Assembly: GCA_046726415.1 (NCBI GenBank)
Contig: JBKPAK010000269.1
Coordinates: 1 to 45,066, forward strand
Direction of reading: 5' to 3'
Source: Candidatus Methylomirabilota bacterium
GTDB taxonomy: Bacteria > Methylomirabilota > Methylomirabilia > Rokubacteriales > CSP1-6
Length of the DNA stretch: 45,066 nt
Of this stretch, positions 7,836-14,628 are shown one piece after another. Position 1 is the first letter of the stretch, and every line of letters begins with the position of its first letter. The position numbers and the translations under genes are program-made. The notes beneath the pieces were generated by a model, which was given only the letters and a program-made list of their open reading frames with translations, ran no database searches and was not told the DNA's origin.

Positions 7836-9389
7836 TCACGGCCCGCCCATTATAGTCCCGGCCGCATAGAACCCCAGCGAAAGCCCGGTGAGCCCCAGCC
7901 CCGTGAGGTGGGGCACAAAATCCGTGGCAAAGCGATAGCGGATGCGCTGCTGCACCCAGCCGACCGTCTTCAGCGCTTCCCGCAACAGCAGCCGATCGGT
8001 GTGCGACAGGCGATCGGGATCGATGAAGTTGTCGGGCGTCTCGCTGGCCTCGATCTGCTCCAGCTGGTGCAGAAGGCGGAGGCGCATCAGGTGCTGGCAG
8101 GTGTCGGTGATCTCGCGCGTCTCGGCCTCTGAGTAGACCCCGTGTTGACCGGCCGCCCGGAAGCGATCGACAGTGTTCGTCTCGGGCAACCCCAGCTCGA
8201 GCGTGTGCAGACGGCCCGTTCCTACCAGCTGAAGGGCCCCCGCCCCCTTGATGTCCACCCGCCCGCGCTGGGGGCCGCTCCGATGGACGGCGACGTTGCC
8301 AAACATCGTGCGCGGCACCCGCCGGGACACGACGTCGACGGCGAGGAGCTCCAGGAACACCCTGCGGGTCGGCGCCTCCGCACGGATCAGCTGGATGAGC
8401 GGGGCGACGAGATCGCTGGCGCCGCCCACCGGGCGGAGGTCGAAGTAGATGCAGGCGGCCAGGACGTGGTGCCGAGAAATCTCGTGCATCCAGCGCTGGA
8501 GGTATGCGGTCCACACCGAGAGCGGCTGGCACCACTGCGGGTTCGAGGCCATGGCGCCGGCTGGGCACGGCGGATAGCCAAGGGTCATGAGCCCGCGGAT
8601 GGCGTCCTGGGCCAGACGCGCGTAGTATGCGGCGGCGCGCTCGCGGAGATGCGGTGGCGGATCGGCGTAGACCAGGCCGTTGTCCTGATCGGTCCGAAGC
8701 GTCTGCTCGCGTCTGGCCTCGCTGCCGAAGCTCAACCAGCAATAGGCCACGGGCGGGGCATCCTCACCGGACTCCTCGAGGGTGCCGGCCGCCAAGCCGA
8801 GCACGCGGACGACGACGCGGTCATTGAGCTCGGAGATGAGCTGCCCGATGTCGTACGCCGTCCCCCCTTGATCGACGAGCTGGCGGGTGAGATCGGTGAT
8901 CCGTGCGCCCAGCGCGGCGAGGGCCTCCAACGAAGCGGCCCGAGTGATTTCTCGGGCGAGCAGCACGGGATGGAGGCTCTGGGCCAGGACGAAGTCGTAC
9001 ATCGAGACGACACCCACGAGCCGCCCGTCTTCCATGACCACCAGATGCCTGATGTCCCGGCGGGTCATCTCGAGAATCGCCTCGAAGGCGAAGGCCGCGG
9101 GTGAGATCGTCGCCAGCGGTGAAGACATGATGTCGGCCGCATGGGTGATGACGGGATCGCGCGCCTCGGCCACCACCTTGCGCCGCAGGTCGCGGTCGGT
9201 GACGATCCCGAGCGGGCTCTCGTCGTCGTCGACCACGATCACGGAGCCGACATGCTGACGCGACAGGAGCCGGGCAATCTCCTGGACGGACATCTGGACC
9301 CCACACGTCACGGGCGACCGCTCCAGGAGGTTTCCCACCCGGTGCAGGAAGAGCGACCGCTCGCCGGTCCACGACGCGCGCTCGCTCAC
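7836..9389 (-). CDS. CBS-pair + DUF294 nucleotidyltransferase-like + DUF294_C protein
   Basis: CBS motifs (GIVTDRDL, IRHLVV); FGSEARREQTLRTDQDN nucleotidyltransferase motif; CPAGAMASNP; YFDLR; DIKGAG. Confidence 0.9.
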   Translation of the reverse strand: MSERASWTGERSLFLHRVGNLLERSPVTCGVQMSVQEIARLLSRQHVGSVIVVDDDESPLGIVTDRDLRRKVVAEARDPVITHAADIMSSPLATISPAAFAFEAILEMTRRDIRHLVVMEDGRLVGVVSMYDFVLAQSLHPVLLAREITRAASLEALAALGARITDLTRQLVDQGGTAYDIGQLISELNDRVVVRVLGLAAGTLEESGEDAPPVAYCWLSFGSEARREQTLRTDQDNGLVYADPPPHLRERAAAYYARLAQDAIRGLMTLGYPPCPAGAMASNPQWCQPLSVWTAYLQRWMHEISRHHVLAACIYFDLRPVGGASDLVAPLIQLIRAEAPTRRVFLELLAVDVVSRRVPRTMFGNVAVHRSGPQRGRVDIKGAGALQLVGTGRLHTLELGLPETNTVDRFRAAGQHGVYSEAETREITDTCQHLMRLRLLHQLEQIEASETPDNFIDPDRLSHTDRLLLREALKTVGWVQQRIRYRFATDFVPHLTGLGLTGLSLGFYAAGTIMGGP

Positions 9390-9410
9390 ACCGAAGCCCG
9401 CGGCCTGCTC

Positions 9411-9752
9411 TCAGTGACCCCCAAGCAGCGCCGCGCACTTCGCCTTGACGTCGTCCGAGGACTTGCAGTCCTTGACGTAGTTGACGAAGGCCCCCAGTGG
9501 GGTCGCATCGGCCCTGCCCTCGGCCACGCCCTCGGTCAGCCTCGCCATCGCCGCCTTGCCAGCCACGCTGTCGAGATCACAGGCGACGACCCTCTCCCCC
9601 GCACCCCACCACTTGGTCTTCTCAATCGTGAGGTGGCCGCCCTTGAAGCCGCCCTTGTCGTGGTTGACGATCAGCTTCTCGCCACTGTCGAGGGTGAGCT
9701 GGCAGTACGCGCCCGCCTTGGGATCAACCACGAATCTGCCGACCTTGGCCAT
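9411..9752 (-). CDS. Hypothetical 113-aa soluble protein, paralog 1 of a four-Cys family
   Basis: AAGGAGG RBS before ATG 9752; aligns by eye with ORFs at 44424..44779 and 44791..45066. Confidence 0.85.
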   Translation of the reverse strand: MAKVGRFVVDPKAGAYCQLTLDSGEKLIVNHDKGGFKGGHLTIEKTKWWGAGERVVACDLDSVAGKAAMARLTEGVAEGRADATPLGAFVNYVKDCKSSDDVKAKCAALLGGH

Positions 9753-9840
9753 CGCATCCTCCTTCCGAGAAGGCGGCGTTGCGCCGGACGACGCTTCGGT
9801 CTCTCCCATAGTCTAGCTGAAGCCCACGGTGGCGATGGAT

Positions 9841-10263
9841 TCACGGTCGGGCGTCGCGCTTGCCGAAGACGGCGCGGGCGACGATCGCCACCGAGCCGAG
9901 CACATTCGTCAGCGCCGTGAGCACCAGCGAGAGCAGCGTCAGGGTCATGATCGGAGCAAGCAGGGGCCGGAGGCCGGCCTTCGGCGGGAGCTGGGTGTCG
10001 AGCCAGAACAAGGGCATGAGGACGAGGATCGGGATCGCGAGGATCACGAGCACCAGCCCGCCGGCGGCCCGTCCCGCCCGGCTCAGGAGCTCGAGTCGCC
10101 GGTGCCGGGCTTCCGTCCGCACCCACATGGTGGTCACCAGAATGAGCAGGACCAGCAAACACGCGAGGAACACCGGCTGGGGCATGAGATTGGCACCGGC
10201 CACCGCGTACAGCACGCCGAACAGGACGACGCCCACCGTGTTGGCGGCCGCCAGGGCCAGCAC
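9841..10263 (-). CDS. Hypothetical 4-TM membrane protein
   Basis: Four hydrophobic stretches; tightly spaced in the actP operon. Confidence 0.65.
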   Translation of the reverse strand: MLALAAANTVGVVLFGVLYAVAGANLMPQPVFLACLLVLLILVTTMWVRTEARHRRLELLSRAGRAAGGLVLVILAIPILVLMPLFWLDTQLPPKAGLRPLLAPIMTLTLLSLVLTALTNVLGSVAIVARAVFGKRDARP

Positions 10264-10269
10264 GGCGCC

Positions 10270-10572
10270 TCAGCCAGCGCGTCCACCCGCGACTTGGTGC
10301 AGCACGGCGCGGGCCACGATCCAGAGGAGCATGTAGACGGCGAGGGAGATCGTCCGCACGCGGGGCTCGGGGGTCCCGGACGGCAGGACTGAGCGGATGG
10401 GGCGCGTGAGTGGGCCCGTGACGACAGCGAAGAACCACAGCACCGGGCTGTCGGCACGCCCGATCACACGCGCGACGATGATGTGGAGCAGCAAGTACAC
10501 CCACGCCATGAAGAGGAGCAGCGGTACCACGACGTTGAGGAGAAGCAGCAGCCGGACCCAGGGCTCATCCAT
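10270..10572 (-). CDS. YggT-like small membrane protein
   Basis: SPVLWFFAVVTGPLTRPIRSVLP resembles the YggT P..FL..lT.P.L.PiR..lP motif. Confidence 0.6.
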   Translation of the reverse strand: MDEPWVRLLLLLNVVVPLLLFMAWVYLLLHIIVARVIGRADSPVLWFFAVVTGPLTRPIRSVLPSGTPEPRVRTISLAVYMLLWIVARAVLHQVAGGRAG

Positions 10573-10632
10573 TCGGCAACGATGGCTTCGGGCGGAGGCA
10601 CCGGGCCCCCGCCCGCGGTTCGAAGCCTTGGC

Positions 10633-12567
10633 CTAATGGACCGGTACTTCCTTGAGGTCCCGACCGAGTGGGTCACCCGTGACCGCCTGCCCGGACCTCG
10701 GGTAACGCACGCTGGCCACGAGATCCTGTACCTCCTGCGGCGGCGGGGCCGTGAGGAGCGAAACGATCCATATGACGAGGAACCCGATGGGCAGCCCGAA
10801 GATCGCCGAGGCGATCGTCTGCGTGCCGAACCAGGAGACGCCATAGAAGCGGCTGCCGATCAGATAGTACGTCGTCACCGCGAGGCCAGCGATCATTCCC
10901 CACACTGCACCCTGTTTGTTGGCACGCTTCCACCAGATTCCCATGACCAGCGCCGGGAAGAACGAGGCGCCGGCCAGGCTGAAGGCCCATGCCACCAGCT
11001 CGGCGATGACGGCAAACCGGAACGTCGCCGTGTAGGCCGAGATGATCGCCGTGATCACGAGCAGCACCTTGGTGATGGTGAGCCGCTTGACCAGCGAAGC
11101 GCTCGGATCAATGACGTTGTAGTAGAGGTCATGCGAGATGGCGTTGGCGATCGTCAGCAGCAGGCCGTCAGCCGTGGACAGCGCGGCCGCCAGCCCTCCC
11201 GCCATCACGAGGCCGGTGATGACGAACGGCAACCCCGCCACCTCGGGCATCGACAGCACCACGAAGTCGGTTGACCGCACGACGAAGTCGGCCCACTGGA
11301 CGATGCCGTCGCCGTTCTTGTCGACCACTGTGAAGAGCCCCGCCGGTTGCCAGAACTTCACCCAGCCCGGCAAGTCGCTGATCTTTGCCCCCACGAGCTT
11401 GGTGAACACGGCGAAGCGAGCAAACGCTGCGTAGGCGGGAGCCGTGAAGTAGAGGAGGAAGATGAAGAAGAGCGACCAGGCCACCGAGGTGCGAGCCTCC
11501 TTCACCGATGGCGTCGTGTAGTACCGGGTCAGGATGTGCGGGAGCCCGGCGGTGCCAACCATCAGGCAGAACGTCAGGGCCAGGAAGTTCCACATGCCAG
11601 TGCCGGTAGGAACGGTGAGGGTGTTGCCGAAGCGCGCCGTGTCGCTCGAGGCAAGCGGGCGAGCCTGGGCGAGCGCCGTCCGCTGCTGGGCCTGTAGCTT
11701 CTCGACCTCGGCCTCGGGCAGTCCGCCGGCCTTGATCTTCGTGGCGATCTCGTCCGCGTCCTTCTTCCAGAGGGCCCGCGTCTCTTTCTCCTTCGGGTCG
11801 GCGGTGAGCCGAATCTCCGTCGCGTTGTTCTCCTGGAGGAGCTGGCCATAGGTCAGTTCGGGAATGGGGAGGGTGAACAGCGTCCAGGACAGGTACACGA
11901 CCGGCACCAGGTAAGAGATGATCAGGATGATGTACTGCGCCACCTGGGTCCAGGTGACCGACTTCATGCCGCCGAGCACCGAACAGAAGAGGACGCCGAC
12001 GAGGCCGACGAAGACGCCGATGTTGTAGTCAATGCCGATGAAGCGGGCCACGATGAGCCCCACCCCTGTGACCTGCGCGGTGAGGTAGGTGAACGAGCAG
12101 ATGATGGCGCCGACCACGCCGACGACCCGTGCCGTGTTCCCGCCATACCGAGCGCCGAGGAAATCCGGAATGGTGTAGGCCCCGAACTGTCGGAGGTACG
12201 GCCCCAGCAGCACGGCCAGCAGCAGATAGCCGCCGGTCCATCCCATGACGTACCCGAGACCAAAGAACCCCAGAGCCGAGATGAGTCCGGCCATCGAGAT
12301 GAATGACGCGGCCGACATCCAGTCCGACCCCGTGGCCATGCCGTTGTAGACGGAGGGCACGCCCCGGCCGGCGACGTAGTACTGGTCGGGGTTCGAGGTC
12401 CGAGTGAGGACGCCGATGACCACGTAGATCGCCAGCGACAATGCCATAAAGATCCAGCCGATCATCTGGTTGCTGAAGATCCCGATCCATTCCCCGATGC
12501 CGATGAGGACGGTGACGCCGAGGAAGCAGATCGTGTAGAGGCCGAAGATCTTGTCCAGGCTCATCAT
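10633..12567 (-). CDS. actP: Cation/acetate symporter ActP-like (sodium:solute symporter, VC_2705 type)
   Basis: YYVAGR, NGMATGSDWMSAASF, TWTQVAQY, GTAGLPHIL, GGLAAALSTADGLL; preceded by a DUF4212 gene. Substrate cannot be established from sequence. Confidence 0.88.
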   Translation of the reverse strand: MMSLDKIFGLYTICFLGVTVLIGIGEWIGIFSNQMIGWIFMALSLAIYVVIGVLTRTSNPDQYYVAGRGVPSVYNGMATGSDWMSAASFISMAGLISALGFFGLGYVMGWTGGYLLLAVLLGPYLRQFGAYTIPDFLGARYGGNTARVVGVVGAIICSFTYLTAQVTGVGLIVARFIGIDYNIGVFVGLVGVLFCSVLGGMKSVTWTQVAQYIILIISYLVPVVYLSWTLFTLPIPELTYGQLLQENNATEIRLTADPKEKETRALWKKDADEIATKIKAGGLPEAEVEKLQAQQRTALAQARPLASSDTARFGNTLTVPTGTGMWNFLALTFCLMVGTAGLPHILTRYYTTPSVKEARTSVAWSLFFIFLLYFTAPAYAAFARFAVFTKLVGAKISDLPGWVKFWQPAGLFTVVDKNGDGIVQWADFVVRSTDFVVLSMPEVAGLPFVITGLVMAGGLAAALSTADGLLLTIANAISHDLYYNVIDPSASLVKRLTITKVLLVITAIISAYTATFRFAVIAELVAWAFSLAGASFFPALVMGIWWKRANKQGAVWGMIAGLAVTTYYLIGSRFYGVSWFGTQTIASAIFGLPIGFLVIWIVSLLTAPPPQEVQDLVASVRYPRSGQAVTGDPLGRDLKEVPVH

Positions 12568-12573
12568 GGCGGG

Positions 12574-12843
12574 CTAGCCCTCCTCGCGGATGCCGTACTC
12601 GAGATCCTTTCGGTTCATCAAGTAGGCGTAGACGGCGATCTCGACGACGAAGATGGCCAGCGAGCCCTGAGCCGCCATGTAGTAGCCGAGCGGAAAGCCG
12701 AGGAAGCTATAGTTGTTCAGCCACGAGGCCATCACCCCGGAGATGACGTACGTCACCACGAACCAGATGGCCAGCAGTACGGTAGTGAGCCACGCGTTGT
12801 ACCGCCAGTACTCCTGCTTCTGCCGCTCTGTCAGGTCGGCCAT
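12574..12843 (-). CDS. DUF4212 small membrane partner of the symporter
   Basis: MADLTERQKQEYWRYN...LAIWFVVTY...GFPLGYYMAAQGS; GAAGGGGG RBS; ATG 12843. Confidence 0.88.
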   Translation of the reverse strand: MADLTERQKQEYWRYNAWLTTVLLAIWFVVTYVISGVMASWLNNYSFLGFPLGYYMAAQGSLAIFVVEIAVYAYLMNRKDLEYGIREEG

Positions 12844-12922
12844 AGGTCCCCCTTCAGGCCTGAACCGCGTTGTTCGTTCCCGTAGCGGTGCTCGCCGACG
12901 CCTTGCCATCCGCCACGCGCAA

Positions 12923-12939
12923 TGCAGGTAACGTGCCGG
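12923..12939 (-). promoter_or_regulatory. Putative sigma54 -24/-12 promoter of DUF4212-actP
   Basis: Minus strand CCGGCACGTTACCTGCA = GG-N10-GC; lies just downstream of a sigma54 activator gene. Confidence 0.6.
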
Positions 12940-13000
12940 CATCGAGAGGTGCCAACTGCTGGAAATATCAGGCGCTGGGAAGCGGACGCGAACGACGTTA

Positions 13001-13027
13001 TTGGTACTGGAACCAAACGGCTTTGGT
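13001..13027. promoter_or_regulatory. Overlapping inverted repeats, candidate activator binding site (UAS)
   Basis: TTGGT-N6-ACCAA (13001-13016) overlaps ACCAAA-N4-TTTGGT (13012-13027); AT-rich in a GC-rich context. Confidence 0.4.
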
Positions 13028-13031
13028 ATCG

Positions 13032-14450
13032 CTACCGTGACGCATCGCGCTGCGGGCCAGCGCCAGATTCTCCGCTGTCAGGCGAAACCGCCTTGCGCAT
13101 GCCATAGCGCACGAGCTTCTCGGAGAAGTTCTTCGGGTCCATATCCGCATGCTTGGCGGCGGCGGTCAGCTTGCCGCCGCTGGCCTCGAGCACCCCGCCG
13201 ATATAGGCGCGCTCGAATTCCTCCACCACGCGCGCCTTGGCGTCGCGGAAGGATAGCGAGAGGTCCACTCCGGGGCGGCCGCTCTCCGGTCCGAGGAAGC
13301 GCTCGACTTCTACGATCGTGTCCACGCGGGCCAGGATCACACCGCGCTCGATGACGTTTTCCAGTTCGCGGACGTTGCCCGGCCAGCCATAACGGCAGAG
13401 AGCCTGCATCGCCTCAGGAGCGATATCTCGCACCGGCTTCTTCGAGCGACGGGCGCTTTCCTTGAGGAAGTGGCGCGCCAGAAGGGGCACGTCTCCTTCG
13501 CGCTCCCGGAGCGGCGGCACCCTGATGGGCATCACGCTCAGACGGTAGAAGAGGTCGGGCCGGAAGGCGTTCCGCTCGACCTCGGCGCGTAGGTCCTTGT
13601 TGGTGGTGGCGATGAAGCGGACATCGATCTCCACCGCCCGATCCGAACCAATCGGCGTGACGCATTTGTCCTCGATGACGCGCAGGAGCTTCGACTGCAG
13701 CCCGAGGGGCATCTCCCCGATCTCGTCGAGGAGCAGGGTGCCCCCACTGGCGCTCTGCAGAAGGCCCCGCCGGGTCTCGGCAGCGCCCGTGAAGGCGCCC
13801 TTGCGAAAGCCGAACAGTTCGGATTCGAACAGGTCGGTGGGGATGGCTGCGCAGTTGACGGGCACGAAGGGCTTGTCCCGGCGCGCGCCCGAGAAGTGGA
13901 CCGATCGCGCCAGCAGTTCCTTGCCCACCCCCGTCTCCCCGTGGATGAGCAGGGTCGTGTCGAGATCCGCTACTGAGCGGAGGACCTCGAAGACCTCGCG
14001 CATGGCCGCGCTCTGGGCCAGGGCGTTCTTGAGCGTAAAGCGCTCTTGGTTGTGCCTGAGGGTGGCCCGGCTGGCCGCGCGCAACTCGTGGAACTCGATG
14101 GCGTGACGGAGGACGATGAGCAGTTCCGCCGTGTCGAAGGGCTTCACGAGGTAGTTGGCGGCGCCCAGCCGCATGGCCTCCACCGCGGACTCAATGGTGC
14201 CGTAGGCGGTCATCATGACCACCGCCACATCGGGATGATCGGTCTTGATCCGCCGAACCAGCTCCACGCCGTCCATCCCGGGGAGCCGCTTGTCGGTCAT
14301 CACGACGTCGACGTCCTCGCGCTTCAGCGCGTCGACGGCATCCTCGCCGCTCGACAGGGCGAGCACCTCAAAGCCCGCCACCTCCAGGGTGCGCCGAAGC
14401 GGGCGCAGGAAAATCTCGTCGTCCTCGACGATCATCACACGGCGCTTCAT
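13032..14450 (-). CDS. Sigma54-dependent response regulator (NtrC/AtoC family), EBP1
   Basis: Receiver, GETGVGKE, ESELFG, GAFTGA, LDEIGE, WPGNVRELEN, C-terminal HTH. Confidence 0.95.
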   Translation of the reverse strand: MKRRVMIVEDDEIFLRPLRRTLEVAGFEVLALSSGEDAVDALKREDVDVVMTDKRLPGMDGVELVRRIKTDHPDVAVVMMTAYGTIESAVEAMRLGAANYLVKPFDTAELLIVLRHAIEFHELRAASRATLRHNQERFTLKNALAQSAAMREVFEVLRSVADLDTTLLIHGETGVGKELLARSVHFSGARRDKPFVPVNCAAIPTDLFESELFGFRKGAFTGAAETRRGLLQSASGGTLLLDEIGEMPLGLQSKLLRVIEDKCVTPIGSDRAVEIDVRFIATTNKDLRAEVERNAFRPDLFYRLSVMPIRVPPLREREGDVPLLARHFLKESARRSKKPVRDIAPEAMQALCRYGWPGNVRELENVIERGVILARVDTIVEVERFLGPESGRPGVDLSLSFRDAKARVVEEFERAYIGGVLEASGGKLTAAAKHADMDPKNFSEKLVRYGMRKAVSPDSGESGAGPQRDASR

Positions 14451-14465
14451 GACGACCTCCTTTGA

Positions 14466-14577
14466 CTGGAGGGGGCCTGGGCCCCCTCCAGACCTCCCCG
14501 TTTGCGCGAGGTGCTACCCCCCAACCTCCCCGTTTGCGCGAGGTGCTACACCGAACCTCCCCAGTTGCGCGGAGGGG
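14466..14577. repeat. REP-like hairpin followed by three ~31-32-bp tandem hairpin units
   Basis: CTGGAGGGGGC-CTGG-GCCCCCTCCAG (14466-14491), then ACCTCCCCGTTTGCGCGAGGTGCTAC at 14492 and 14524, and a variant at 14555. Confidence 0.8.
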
Positions 14578-14628
14578 CGACACGCGCCTTCGCGATACCG
14601 GGCCCTCTTCGATTCTCCGACATGCCCC

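Noticed and set aside
12938-12955. Second sigma54 site TTGGCACCTCTCGATGC
   Set aside because: GG-to-GC spacing is 11 rather than the required 10; the adjacent site at 12923-12939 fits
14492-14577. Possible mini-CRISPR
   Set aside because: Only 5-6 bp between repeats; better explained as REP-associated tandem duplication
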